A DNA stretch of 64,000 nt. Origin: an uncultured bacterium. GTDB lineage: Bacteria > Omnitrophota > Omnitrophia > Omnitrophales > Aquincolibacteriaceae. The stretch is taken from assembly GCA_964385615.1 (NCBI GenBank), contig CAYLPP010000014.1, forward strand, positions 3,836-67,835, read 5' to 3'. The notes beneath the pieces were generated by a model. It was not told the DNA's origin, ran no database searches, and saw only the letters and a program-made list of their open reading frames with translations. Positions 52,124-62,034 of this stretch are shown piece after piece (within the stretch, counting starts at the first letter, position 1; each line of letters opens with the position of its first letter). The position numbers and the translations under genes are program-made.

Positions 52124-53551
52124 TTATGATACGTTAACCTTCTTCGATTGGGTAGAAAAAATTTCACAAGCCCGGACCAGACGGCCGGTCAGTTCCGGAT
52201 TGGATCCAAAATGCAGATGCTGATAGCTGGCAACCAGCCCCGGCGCGCAGAAACCTTCCAGGCGCTCCTCAATCCGGTAAACAGCGCCGTCTGAACGCCC
52301 ATCCTGCCAGATCGAATAATGGAACTCATGCGACCGGAGCTTGGTTCCTTTCGGGAAAAGAAAAGTGTCCCGCAGAGCAGTCAGCTCGTGGTAGCCGAAA
52401 TTTTGAAGCTTTCCAGCCATGCGGATCATGCCCGGCACCAGCCCCGCCAGCGGAAATTTCCGGTCTTTAGAATCAATAAAGCTTTCGGTCAAATAGATAA
52501 AACCTCCGCATTCCGCGTAAACCAAACCGCCCGAAGCGTGAAACGCCCGGATGGACTCGATCATAACCGTATTGCGGGACAATGCTTCAGCATGGATTTC
52601 CGGAAATCCCCCGCCGAAATAAAGCAAGCTGACACCGTCAGGAATTTTTTCGTCCCGCATCGGAGAGAAAAAAACGATTTCCGCGCCGGCTTCCCGCAGA
52701 AGGTCAAAGTTGTCTTCATAATAAAAAGAAAAAGCCGAATCATAAGCAGCGCCGATACGGCAGACACGCTTCGACCCGCTGTTTGCGCGTTCAAACGGAG
52801 GCTCTGAGTTCCGCGCTCCGCTTTGTTTACAGGTAGTCAACAATCTTTCCCAATCAAGATGAGCTTCCAGAAATAAAACGGCCTTTTCAACTTTTTTAAC
52901 CGCGTCGGGAATTTCACCCGCCGTCGTCAGCCCTAAATGCCTTTCGGGAATCGAAAGCTCCGGGTCTTTGGGCAAATACCCCAGACAAGGAACACCCGTT
53001 CGGGTTTCAACCGCTTCTTTGAGCCATTTAAAATGCCGTTCACTGTTCACCCGGTTGATCAAAATTCCGGCCAGCTTTAGGTCCGGATCCATCTTCTGAA
53101 AACCCAGCACCACCGCGGCCGCGCTGGAAGCCATGCCGGAACCGTCAACCGTCAGAAGAACAGGCAGGTTCAAAATCTTCGCCAGCTCCGCGCTGGATCC
53201 GGTTTGAGCCGTAGCTGAACGGCCGTCAAAAAGCCCCATAACGCCTTCCGTGACCGAAAAATCCGCGCCGGAAGAATTACGGCCGTAACATTCCCGCACC
53301 TGTTCCGGAGACAACAGAAATAAATCCAGATTGCGGGACTTGCGGGGCGCGCAAACCTGATGATGAAATCCGGTATCAATATAATCCGGCCCTGCCTTGA
53401 AAGGCTGAACACTCAGCCCCTTACGGCGGGCCAAAGCCATGAGCGCCAACGCCCAGGTGGTCTTACCCACTCCCGAATGCGTGCCCGCGACCATGCAGGA
53501 ATAAAATTCTTTCATATCAGAAAGCTTTCGGCCCGAAGACAATTTTGTCAC
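52124..53551 (-). CDS. cbiA: Cobyrinate a,c-diamide synthase
   Basis: 475 aa. The N-terminal ATPase has GVGKTT and GPDYID. The C-terminal GATase-like domain has the Cys in YAECGGFIYL. Confidence 0.8.
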   Translation of the reverse strand: MTKLSSGRKLSDMKEFYSCMVAGTHSGVGKTTWALALMALARRKGLSVQPFKAGPDYIDTGFHHQVCAPRKSRNLDLFLLSPEQVRECYGRNSSGADFSVTEGVMGLFDGRSATAQTGSSAELAKILNLPVLLTVDGSGMASSAAAVVLGFQKMDPDLKLAGILINRVNSERHFKWLKEAVETRTGVPCLGYLPKDPELSIPERHLGLTTAGEIPDAVKKVEKAVLFLEAHLDWERLLTTCKQSGARNSEPPFERANSGSKRVCRIGAAYDSAFSFYYEDNFDLLREAGAEIVFFSPMRDEKIPDGVSLLYFGGGFPEIHAEALSRNTVMIESIRAFHASGGLVYAECGGFIYLTESFIDSKDRKFPLAGLVPGMIRMAGKLQNFGYHELTALRDTFLFPKGTKLRSHEFHYSIWQDGRSDGAVYRIEERLEGFCAPGLVASYQHLHFGSNPELTGRLVRACEIFSTQSKKVNVS

Positions 53552-54140
53552 GGACGTTTAAATACAAAAGACGAACATCCTTTTTTCCGGCAAAGCGAAG
53601 TACCGCGATCGAGGCCGGGTCCGCTTGAAATGAAAAGAGATGGTTGTCCGAAAGACCAAGCGCTTCGGTAATCATCATGCGGATCGCTCCGCCGTGCGAC
53701 ACCACCGCGGCGGTCTGGTCCTTATGCCTCCGAACACAGTCCTTGAGAAAACTCCTTATTCTTTTCCGCAGAGAAATCAAAGATTCACCGCCCTCCGGTG
53801 TTTTCCACTTCCCCTTCATCCACGACATAAAAGCCTTGTTTTTAATTTTAAACAGATGCGCGGCGGTTTGACCTTCCCATTCACCAAAACAGAGTTCGTT
53901 CACCCGCGCGTCAACCCGCGGTTTTTTGCCCGCAACCCCGGCCACAAACTTCCCGGATTCTTTGGCCCGCTTCAGCGCTGAAGTGTAAACCGCGTCAATC
54001 TTCAAACGCTTCAGCCTTCCGGCCGCGCGCTTCATGCTCGCGCGCCCCTTGGCGCTGAGGCCAATGTCCGTGTGCCCCTGATAACGCCTCTCCACAGTCC
54101 AAGGCGTTTCACCGTGGCGAATCAGAACCAGAAAGGTCAA
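53517..54140 (-). CDS. cobC: Histidine-phosphatase (phosphoglycerate-mutase family); alpha-ribazole phosphatase by context
   Basis: 207 aa with the RHG motif LIRHGETPW and a second His in SHGGAIR. It sits inside the cobalamin operon. Confidence 0.7.
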   Translation of the reverse strand: MTFLVLIRHGETPWTVERRYQGHTDIGLSAKGRASMKRAAGRLKRLKIDAVYTSALKRAKESGKFVAGVAGKKPRVDARVNELCFGEWEGQTAAHLFKIKNKAFMSWMKGKWKTPEGGESLISLRKRIRSFLKDCVRRHKDQTAAVVSHGGAIRMMITEALGLSDNHLFSFQADPASIAVLRFAGKKDVRLLYLNVRDKIVFGPKAF

Positions 54141-54868
54141 GGCTTAAGCTCCTCTTCAATGCTTTTAAGAATTTCCGGTAAATCTTTACGGCATTCGCCG
54201 GGAGTCCCGCCCCAGGAATCAAAAGAAACAAACCGGTCCAGAGGAAGGCGCTCCGCCCAACCCAGTTTTTCCAGGTCCGGTTTATCAGGGAAATGCGTCA
54301 CAAAACCAAGGCAAAGGTAAGCCACAATCGTAATGCGCTCAGGAATATTGAAAATAGAATGAAGCGCTTCACGTTTCAAAATACTGACCCACCCCACCCC
54401 GATATTTTCCGCACGCGCGGCCAGCCATAAATTCTGAATCGCGCAGCAAGTGCTGTAAACATCCGTTTCCGGCATACTGTGCCGGCCCAGCACCTGAGGG
54501 CCGAAGCGGGCGGAATCGCAAGTCACGATCAGATTGACCGGCGCTTCCAAAATTCCTTCCAGTTTATAGGAAAGATATTTCTCTTTCTTTTCCTTGTCGA
54601 AAAGTTTCGCCGCTTCCTGCCTTTCTTCTAGGAAAGCTTCCTTCACTTTACGGCGTTTTTCCAAATCTTCGACCACGATAAAGTTCCAGGGCTGCATATA
54701 ACCGACGGAGCCCGCGTGATGCGCCGCCTGAAGAATCCGGGCCAGGGTTTCGGAAGGAATCGGCTTGGGAGTGAACAGACTGCGCACGTCCCGCCGGCCG
54801 TAAATGGTTTTATAGACCGCGCTTTTCTCTATTTCATTAATGAAATCATTCGCCATACCGTACTCCAT
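54137..54868 (-). CDS. bluB: 5,6-dimethylbenzimidazole synthase (BluB, nitroreductase-family flavin destructase)
   Basis: 243 aa with a nitroreductase fold. It has the BluB-like N-terminus (…TIYGRRDVRSLF…HHAGSVGYMQPWNFIVV). The cob operon context supports the call. Confidence 0.7.
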   Translation of the reverse strand: MEYGMANDFINEIEKSAVYKTIYGRRDVRSLFTPKPIPSETLARILQAAHHAGSVGYMQPWNFIVVEDLEKRRKVKEAFLEERQEAAKLFDKEKKEKYLSYKLEGILEAPVNLIVTCDSARFGPQVLGRHSMPETDVYSTCCAIQNLWLAARAENIGVGWVSILKREALHSIFNIPERITIVAYLCLGFVTHFPDKPDLEKLGWAERLPLDRFVSFDSWGGTPGECRKDLPEILKSIEEELKP

Positions 54869-55794
54869 CCCCAGTTCAATAAAATGGCCGTGAGAAGCGT
54901 GATCCAGGATGCCGTTGTCATCAGCCGAATCGCGGTCATCAAATCTTCCCGGTCAAAATCTTTTTTAGGAAACCCCAAAAGCGGTTTTTCCACAACCCGT
55001 CCTTGATAAACACTGGGCCCGCCCAACTGTAATCCCAGTGCGCCCGCGAAACAGGCTTCGGGAATATCTCCGATCCCGGAACCACCTTCAAGACCATGAA
55101 GCTTTCCCGTGTAAAACGACTCACTTCCCCGCCCGTTAACCCAAAACGAGGCCAGAGAAATTGTCAAATAAGCCAGCCGGGCGGGAATCCAATTCCAGGC
55201 TTCATCCTGTTTGGCCGCGAAAAACCCGAAATCCCGGTAGCAGTCATTCAAATGCCCGATCATGGAATCCAGTGTGTTGACGGCTTTGTAGGCCAACGCC
55301 AAAGGCGCGCCTCCAAGAGCCGCGAAAAATAACGGCGCGGCGACACCGTCCACAGTGCTTTCAGCCACCGTTTCGATCGAGGCCCGCAAAATTTCCTTTT
55401 TATCCAGAGACTGCGTGTCACGGCCGACGATACGGGATAAATTCAAACGGGCTTTTTCAAGATCGCCCTTGCCCAAATCTCCGTAAATCCGCACCGCCTC
55501 TTTTTTCAAATCATGCACGGAAACCGAAGCGTAAATCCCGAAAACATTGACCGCCCAGCCCAACAGCGGGTGGATCCGGTTCAAAAGAGCGATCACACTC
55601 CAAACCAGCGTAAAAACAAAAACTGGAAGCAGAAGGGCCAGAACAGCCCCTTTTATTTTTTCATACCCGGGTTTCACCCGCAAAAAAGCTTCGGCCTTCT
55701 CAATCGCGGTGCCCATCAGACGCACCGGGTGAAAACGGTAAACCGGGTCGCCGATTACAAGGTCGAGAACGAAGGCGCAGACGAGTCCAGACAT
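54829..55794 (-). CDS. cbiB: Adenosylcobinamide-phosphate synthase
   Basis: 321 aa. The polytopic membrane protein has the CobD/CbiB N-terminus (LDLVIGDPVYRFHPVRLMG). Confidence 0.85.
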   Translation of the reverse strand: MSGLVCAFVLDLVIGDPVYRFHPVRLMGTAIEKAEAFLRVKPGYEKIKGAVLALLLPVFVFTLVWSVIALLNRIHPLLGWAVNVFGIYASVSVHDLKKEAVRIYGDLGKGDLEKARLNLSRIVGRDTQSLDKKEILRASIETVAESTVDGVAAPLFFAALGGAPLALAYKAVNTLDSMIGHLNDCYRDFGFFAAKQDEAWNWIPARLAYLTISLASFWVNGRGSESFYTGKLHGLEGGSGIGDIPEACFAGALGLQLGGPSVYQGRVVEKPLLGFPKKDFDREDLMTAIRLMTTASWITLLTAILLNWGWSTVWRMISLMK

Positions 55795-56849
55795 TCGCGG
55801 ATGGCCTCCAAAAGCAGACGGTTTTCGGCCCGCTGACGAAGCGCGAACCGGAAGTAAGAAGCGTTTAGCCCTCTGAAATTTTCACAGGAACGGATGTAAA
55901 TCCCCTGTTTTCCCAGTGATTCCGTCAAATGAGAGGGAGTGACTGCTTCCTCAAGCCGGGCCAGAAAAAAATTGGCCTGACCGGGATAAACTTTTAAAAC
56001 TCCCAGCTCCTGCAAATCTTTAAAAAACAGCGCGGATTCCCGCTGAAACCAGCGGAGAGTCCACTCGCGGAACTGCGAATCCTGAAGCACCGCGACAGCC
56101 AGCTTTTCCGCCAAGCGGTTCATCGACCAGGCTTCCTGCTTTTTTTTCATTTCGGTGATCAAAGCGGATGGGCCTACGGCAAACCCCGCGCGCAATCCCG
56201 CGAGCGCGTAAAATTTGGTCAGAGACCGTACCACCAGAAAGCGCGAATCTTCACGCAAGTGATCTACCACCGAAATTTCAGGCACCCAGTCGGCAAAAGC
56301 TTCATCAATCAGCACAAAAACATTCCTTAAGCGGGCCTGTTCAAGAAGTTCCAGCATCTGCAAACGGTTAAGCGCGGTTCCCGTCGGATTGTTCGGATGA
56401 CCAAGAACCAGAAGGTCGATTCCTGAAAGCGCGCCGGTAATCCGCTCCGGATGAAATTTAAAATCATCCTGCTCCCGCAGTTCAAGCGCCAGAACATCGG
56501 CTCCGTTTTGTTCCAGAATCCGGTGGTATTCACTGAAGCAGGGTTCAATAATCAGCGCGCGCCGGGGCGCGAGCACCCGCACAGCCAGCGCGAGAAGCGA
56601 AACCGCGCCGTTTCCAGCCAGAATGTTCATGGGATTCAGCGAAAACTGTTTCGCGGCTTCAAGACGGAAAAAATGCGAATCGGGATCCGGATACCGGGTC
56701 ACGTCATGAACCGATTCCAGATAGAGACGGCGTACCGCTTCAGGCAGACCCAGGGGGTTGATATTGCTGGAAAAATCGACGATCTCGCTTTCAGGAACCT
56801 GAAAGCGAGCGGAAAAATCCCGCAGATGCCCGCCGTGTTCAGACGTCAT
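55755..56849 (-). CDS. cobD: L-threonine-O-3-phosphate decarboxylase (class I/II aminotransferase fold)
   Basis: 364 aa with the PLP-lysine region (SLTKFYALAGLRAG). The cob operon context supports the call. Confidence 0.75.
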   Translation of the reverse strand: MTSEHGGHLRDFSARFQVPESEIVDFSSNINPLGLPEAVRRLYLESVHDVTRYPDPDSHFFRLEAAKQFSLNPMNILAGNGAVSLLALAVRVLAPRRALIIEPCFSEYHRILEQNGADVLALELREQDDFKFHPERITGALSGIDLLVLGHPNNPTGTALNRLQMLELLEQARLRNVFVLIDEAFADWVPEISVVDHLREDSRFLVVRSLTKFYALAGLRAGFAVGPSALITEMKKKQEAWSMNRLAEKLAVAVLQDSQFREWTLRWFQRESALFFKDLQELGVLKVYPGQANFFLARLEEAVTPSHLTESLGKQGIYIRSCENFRGLNASYFRFALRQRAENRLLLEAIRECLDSSAPSFSTL

Positions 56850-57624
56850 AACGGTTCACCATCGCGGCTGTGACTAAAAAAACGAAAATTTCCGTCAATT
56901 CGCTGGCCGCGCCCAAAAGATCGCCGGTCACACCGCCAACCCGTTTCTTGAAATAAAAACCCAGAGTAAAAAGCGCCGGTGCCAGGAGAAGGAGAATGAA
57001 AAAGCTCTCTTTGAGAAAAAAAAGCGCAGGCAAAATCATAAAAACGGACGCTCCAAGCAAAGTTCCCCGGCTGACTTTTCCAGCGGTCTGTGAACCCAGG
57101 CCCTCACTTTCTCCCGCGTAAGGGAGAAAAAAACTCAACGCGACCTGCGCCCCTCTCGATGCGGTCATCGCCAGAAAAAAAACAGGGGCGTAGGAACCTC
57201 CAACCTTAAGGAGTTCGTATTTGGACAGCACCGCGAACACAAGCCCCAAGGCGCCGAAAGCGCCGATGCGCGAATCTTTCATAATGCGGAGGACGGAGCT
57301 TTTTTCCCTTCCGCCGAAAAATCCGTCGCAAAAATCCGCCAGGCCGTCCATGTGAAGCCCCCCGCTGATCACAACAGGAGAAATCAGAAGCGCCAGCAGA
57401 GCAATCGAATGAGGCAAAAAAGTTCCGGCCAAAATAAAAACGCCGTAAGAAATCACGGCGATTAAAAGCCCGGCCAGCGGGAAATAAACCATTGCCCGGG
57501 CAAGGCTTCCGGGCTGAGGCCGCGGATCAGGCGGAACGGGAAGAATGGTTAAAAACCGGACCGCGTTCAGGAAATCATTCATGGCGGTTGGCAACCCCGG
57601 CTTCCGTGAAAGTCGCCGTTTCAT
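56839..57624 (-). CDS. cobS: Adenosylcobinamide-GDP ribazoletransferase (cobalamin synthase)
   Basis: 261 aa. The polytopic membrane protein has CobS-family motifs (…LTILPVP…HMDGLADFCDGFFG). Confidence 0.85.
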   Translation of the reverse strand: MKRRLSRKPGLPTAMNDFLNAVRFLTILPVPPDPRPQPGSLARAMVYFPLAGLLIAVISYGVFILAGTFLPHSIALLALLISPVVISGGLHMDGLADFCDGFFGGREKSSVLRIMKDSRIGAFGALGLVFAVLSKYELLKVGGSYAPVFFLAMTASRGAQVALSFFLPYAGESEGLGSQTAGKVSRGTLLGASVFMILPALFFLKESFFILLLLAPALFTLGFYFKKRVGGVTGDLLGAASELTEIFVFLVTAAMVNRYDV

Positions 57625-58633
57625 TGTAAACCCGCGCGGCCGCGTCCAGCACGCCCATCGCCAAAGCCGCGCCGCTGGCTTCGCCCAGACGCATGGAAAG
57701 ATTCAAAATCGGCTGAACTTCCAGTTTTTCGAGCACAAGTTTGTGCCCGCGCTCTTCAGATTGATGCGCGAAAAACAGATAATCCAAAATCCTGGGATTC
57801 AGACGGACCGCCGCGAGCGCCGCCGCGGTCACAATCCAGCCGTCCGCCACCATCGGCATTTCCACACGCGCTCCCGCAATCATGGCGCCGGTCAAAGCCG
57901 CGATTTCAAAACCGCCCACCCGGCGTAAAACTTCAAATGGATCGGAGAAAAAAGCGGCATGCCTTTCAAGAGCGCGGTTAATAACCGAAATCTTATGTTG
58001 AAGCATGACATCATCCACGCCCGTACCCCGGCCGGTCATGGCTTCAACGGATTCCTTGGTTAAAGCCGCGTTCACGGCACTGGCCGAAGTGGTATTTCCA
58101 ATGCCCATCTCGCCCAAACCCAATAACTGAATCCCCTCACGCTTGGCTTGATAAACCAGCTCAGAACCCACGACCAGAGCGCGGTCCAGTTCCTCCTCCG
58201 TCATGGCGGGTTCACGGGTCATGTTCCGTGTTCCTCGCGCGATTTTAGCGTGCGTCAAACGAGGGTCAGGTTCAAACTCAGCGTCTACGCCGACATCCGC
58301 CACTTTAATATCCGCGCCAATCTGGCGGGCAAGCGCGTTGATCGTGGCTCCTCCATTTAAAAAATTTAGAACCATGGCCCGAGTCACCTCACGGGGATAC
58401 AGGCTGACACCCTCTTCAGTGACCCCGTGATCACTCGCGAAAATCAGAATGCGTTTTTTCGCGGTCTCGAGTTTTTCTTTTTTTTGAATCGCGGTAAGCC
58501 GCTCCAGCAGACTTTCCAGAATCCCCAAACTGCCTTCGGGCCGAGTCTGTTCTTTTAAACGGTGGCGGGCTTTTTCTCTCCAGGCGGGGCTTAAACCGTT
58601 GATACGGCTGACTTCGGTCGTCCAGTCACGCAT
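57575..58633 (-). CDS. cobT: Nicotinate-nucleotide--dimethylbenzimidazole phosphoribosyltransferase
   Basis: 352 aa with CobT family motifs (GEMGIGNTT…). Confidence 0.9.
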   Translation of the reverse strand: MRDWTTEVSRINGLSPAWREKARHRLKEQTRPEGSLGILESLLERLTAIQKKEKLETAKKRILIFASDHGVTEEGVSLYPREVTRAMVLNFLNGGATINALARQIGADIKVADVGVDAEFEPDPRLTHAKIARGTRNMTREPAMTEEELDRALVVGSELVYQAKREGIQLLGLGEMGIGNTTSASAVNAALTKESVEAMTGRGTGVDDVMLQHKISVINRALERHAAFFSDPFEVLRRVGGFEIAALTGAMIAGARVEMPMVADGWIVTAAALAAVRLNPRILDYLFFAHQSEERGHKLVLEKLEVQPILNLSMRLGEASGAALAMGVLDAAARVYNETATFTEAGVANRHE

Positions 58634-59180
58634 GATTTTTCACCGGGTTTTTAATCCGTGCCGGAATTCCCGACACCATAAAAATAACTTCATCGCAGAT
58701 TTTGGCCAGCTCCTGATTTAACTTTCCCAATTCGTCGGTGTAACGGCGGGCCAGAGGGTTTTGAGGAATCAATCCCAGGCCGACTTCATTGGTCACGAAA
58801 ATCATATCCGCGCCGCGCAAACTGACCGCGCCCAGAAAAGCTTCGATTTCATCCCGGACGCGCGGAGGCTGACTTTCAAAATGATGCATTAGGTTTCCAA
58901 CCCAGACCGTCAGGCAATCCACCAGAATAATGCCGGCTTCCCCTCCCGCTTTCTGAATCGCTTTCCCCAGGAATAACGGCTCTTCCACCGTCACAAAATG
59001 ACCGGATCGTTCTTCCTGATGGCGGGTAATGCGAAGTTTCATTTCTTCATCCAGGGGTTCGGCGGTAGCCAAAAAATAATTGGGGCCCGGACGGCCGGAC
59101 TGACCGGCCAGATCCAGCGCGTAACGGCTTTTCCCGCTTCGAATCCCGCCAGTCAGAAGAGTCAGCATTTTAATATTCAA
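58626..59180 (-). CDS. cobU: Bifunctional adenosylcobinamide kinase / adenosylcobinamide-phosphate guanylyltransferase
   Basis: 184 aa. The P-loop is GGIRSGKS and the size fits CobU/CobP. Confidence 0.9.
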   Translation of the reverse strand: MNIKMLTLLTGGIRSGKSRYALDLAGQSGRPGPNYFLATAEPLDEEMKLRITRHQEERSGHFVTVEEPLFLGKAIQKAGGEAGIILVDCLTVWVGNLMHHFESQPPRVRDEIEAFLGAVSLRGADMIFVTNEVGLGLIPQNPLARRYTDELGKLNQELAKICDEVIFMVSGIPARIKNPVKNHA

Positions 59181-59736
59181 TCCCGGGCTGAGCCTTAATG
59201 CCCTTATGGTAAGGATGCTTAACGCATTTCATTTCCGTCACAAGATCCGCGAGCTCCACGATTTCTTCCGGCGCCCCGCCTCCGGTCAGAAAAACATGCT
59301 TCAAGGCCGGTTTCTTTTTAAGTTCCGCGGCAATTTCGGCGGCAGGCAGGAAATTGTATTTCATGACGTAATTGATCTCGTCAAAAATGACCAGCTGATG
59401 TTCTTCATCATGCAGAAGTTCTTTGCATTTTTCCCAGGCGCTGCGGGCCGTCTTAACGTCCTGCTCAAAATTCTGCGTGTCCCAGGTGAATCCTTCTCCC
59501 ATGACAAAATGTTTGAACTGATCGCCGAAAAGCTTGAAGGATTTTTCTTCGCCGGTCTTCCATTTCCCCTTAATGAACTGCACCATGGCGACTTTGTAGC
59601 CCCGGCCCAGTGCGCGCACCGCCGTGCCGAAAGCGGCGGTGCTTTTACCTTTACCGTCGCCGGTATTGACCAGAATCAATCCTTTCTTCTGGTATTCACC
59701 GGAAGTCTTATGACCGCGGGGCGCTTTATCTTCCAT
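59170..59736 (-). CDS. cobO: Cob(I)yrinic acid a,c-diamide adenosyltransferase (CobO/BtuR type)
   Basis: 188 aa. The P-loop-like motif is NTGDGKGKSTAAFG and the size fits CobO/BtuR. Confidence 0.85.
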   Translation of the reverse strand: MEDKAPRGHKTSGEYQKKGLILVNTGDGKGKSTAAFGTAVRALGRGYKVAMVQFIKGKWKTGEEKSFKLFGDQFKHFVMGEGFTWDTQNFEQDVKTARSAWEKCKELLHDEEHQLVIFDEINYVMKYNFLPAAEIAAELKKKPALKHVFLTGGGAPEEIVELADLVTEMKCVKHPYHKGIKAQPGIEY

Positions 59737-61625
59737 TAAAACTTTCCTTTAATACCGCCCGTAAATTGCGCGAGGGGCATATTGAAACCGTTGGCTTCCT
59801 GATAACGGTCGTTAGTCGCGTTATCCACACGTCCGTAAATCTGGAAATATTTTGTTAAATCGTAAAACAACGCCAAGTCGAGACGCTCATACTCTTTGAG
59901 CCTGACCGCGTTGGAATCTTCACGCGTTCCCGCCCAAAACCAATCGGCAGTGAAATGAACCCGCCAGAAATCGTAGCTCAGACCAAACTTGCCTTGATGC
60001 CTGGGCACGCGGGCCAGCCGTTTGTGCGTTGCCCGGTCAATCGAGTGGGTATAAGTATAACTGGTGTTGAAATACAGGCCATCCATAATTTTAAAATGAT
60101 TTTCCAATTCAATGCCCCGGCTGGCCGCGCTTCCAATATTAGTGGCCAAAGCCAGGTTGGCAATCAGGTTGCGGGTACGGCTGTCAAAATAAGTCGCGGT
60201 GAAACTGCCCCGGTCGCCCAAGTACTGCTGATCAAAACCCGCGTCCCAGCTCCAGCTGGTTTCGGGCTGGAGGTTGGGGTCGCCGAAATTCGGAAAGAAA
60301 AGCTGGTTGAAGGTCGGAGAACGGAACCCTTTACCGTAACTGCTTTTAAGTTTGGTGCGGGTCTTGGCAATCCAGAGCCCCGTGGAAACGAGCGGAGACG
60401 CCTGAAAACCATAAAGCTCATGCTCATCCATCCGGACTCCCGCGACAATGGTCCAGATTTTCCAAAGTGTCAGCTCATTCTGGGCAAACCATCCGTGATT
60501 GCGGGTCAGTCGGTCATAAGTGCTGCTGCTTTTGCTTTTGACCGCGCTATGCTCAAACTCATAGCCGACAGTCAGAACATCCCAATCCGAAATATAAAAA
60601 TCAGACTGATATTCAAACGTATGACGGTTGGAGTTGAGCTGAAGCTTGCTTTCCGGGTCAGACCCGGTGAAGACATCCGGATTCCGGGGATCGATTGACG
60701 TATTTTTGTCATGAAACAGCGAGTACTGGACGTGCTGCTGCCACCAGTCGAAAAGTGCGACAGTGTATTTGGTATTGAGCACCTGCTGGTTTGAGCGGGT
60801 ATTGCGGTTGGGATCCGTCCGGAAATTTCCGCTGATCAAACCATCGTCGATCCCCACGATGGAATTGTAGTGATGAAACGCGACATCCAGATCGGAATTC
60901 TCAGTAGTCTGAATTTTGGCATGCGCGCGGTAAGTCGTGTTTTCATAATCATCATTTTCAGCCAGGCCGTCACTGTCCATCCGGCCGACCGCGCCGGAAA
61001 AAGAAGCTTTCTCATACCCCGCGGAAAATTCCCCTTCTTCATAGAAGCTGTCATAAGTACCGTACTGCGCTTTGGCACTGCCATGAAGACCTTTGCGGTG
61101 ATCCGCTTTCGTGATAATGTTAATCACACCGGAGGCAGCGTCCGCGCCGTAGAGCACGCTCTGCGGACCACGCAAAATTTCAATGCGCTCGATATCCGCG
61201 GTCGTAAAATTAGCCAGCGCGGCCAGGTTCTGGTTGCCGTTAGTTACTTGAACACTGTCGATCATGACCATTGTGGATTCTTTATTCATCCCGCGGATCA
61301 AAATATGCGCTTCTCTTCCCGTGGTTCCCAACTGGGTCACGGTCAAACCCGGCACCCCGCGCAAAAGATCGAGCAGGTAAACTTTTCCACTGCGTTCGAT
61401 TTCCTCGCGCGTAATCACAGTGACCGAACGGGTCACTTTTTCAACAGCGGTTTCACGGCGGGTAGCGGAAACCATGGTCGTAACAGGGGAAGCCTCAGAA
61501 GCGTTGGAATCAGGAACGGTTTTTTCTTCCGTTGTGATGGAAGCGGCTGAAGCCGGACTTTGAAAAGAACTGATGGTGAGAAGCAATAACAGAAAAACAG
61601 TCAGGAATCGCTCGTTCCTGGACAT
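59736..61625 (-). CDS. btuB: TonB-dependent outer-membrane receptor (BtuB-like corrinoid transporter by context)
   Basis: 629 aa with a signal peptide, a plug domain, and a beta-barrel ending in an aromatic residue (…GGIKGKF). It is the first gene after the cobalamin riboswitch. Confidence 0.85.
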   Translation of the reverse strand: MSRNERFLTVFLLLLLTISSFQSPASAASITTEEKTVPDSNASEASPVTTMVSATRRETAVEKVTRSVTVITREEIERSGKVYLLDLLRGVPGLTVTQLGTTGREAHILIRGMNKESTMVMIDSVQVTNGNQNLAALANFTTADIERIEILRGPQSVLYGADAASGVINIITKADHRKGLHGSAKAQYGTYDSFYEEGEFSAGYEKASFSGAVGRMDSDGLAENDDYENTTYRAHAKIQTTENSDLDVAFHHYNSIVGIDDGLISGNFRTDPNRNTRSNQQVLNTKYTVALFDWWQQHVQYSLFHDKNTSIDPRNPDVFTGSDPESKLQLNSNRHTFEYQSDFYISDWDVLTVGYEFEHSAVKSKSSSTYDRLTRNHGWFAQNELTLWKIWTIVAGVRMDEHELYGFQASPLVSTGLWIAKTRTKLKSSYGKGFRSPTFNQLFFPNFGDPNLQPETSWSWDAGFDQQYLGDRGSFTATYFDSRTRNLIANLALATNIGSAASRGIELENHFKIMDGLYFNTSYTYTHSIDRATHKRLARVPRHQGKFGLSYDFWRVHFTADWFWAGTREDSNAVRLKEYERLDLALFYDLTKYFQIYGRVDNATNDRYQEANGFNMPLAQFTGGIKGKF

Positions 61626-61639
61626 AAAAAAACCCCTTT

Positions 61640-61970
61640 TCTTCCTCCAGAGACAGGATGGAAGCCGGGGCTAAAGACAGAACACGCGGGCTTTTTCTCT
61701 GCTCGGAGACTTGGACAGGCAGTTCTTCTGGCTAGGTGACCTTAATGCTTTTCCTACTTGCAGGCCTTCCCAAAACCTTTCGGTCTCAGTGGCTTTTACC
61801 TGATCCTATGATCAGGTACGTCAAACAGCGGCCTTGAAGGTCGTCTGCTTGACGTCTGCTTTCGTTGTCACCAACAGCGGCGGCACCGCGGGGTCTATGA
61901 AGTTACCTCTCTTCATAGCCCACTTCCCTATTAAGCCCGGCCCTGAGGCACAGGCACCTGCGGAAAATTG
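61640..61970 (-). promoter_or_regulatory. Cobalamin (B12) riboswitch with SD-sequestering expression platform, leader of btuB-cob operon
   Basis: The minus-strand RNA contains …GGUGCCUGUGCC…UUAAUAGGGAAGUGGG…GCCGCUG… and the B12-box GCCACUG (plus strand CAGTGGC at 61787-61793). Near the start codon, CUUCCAUCC can pair with the GGAGGAAG Shine-Dalgarno sequence 18 nt upstream of the btuB AUG. Confidence 0.75.
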
Positions 61971-62034
61971 AAAGAACAATATTGAAGTGGTGTGATTATA
62001 AAAAGAAAGGAGGGATTGTCAAACAGGAATTTCT

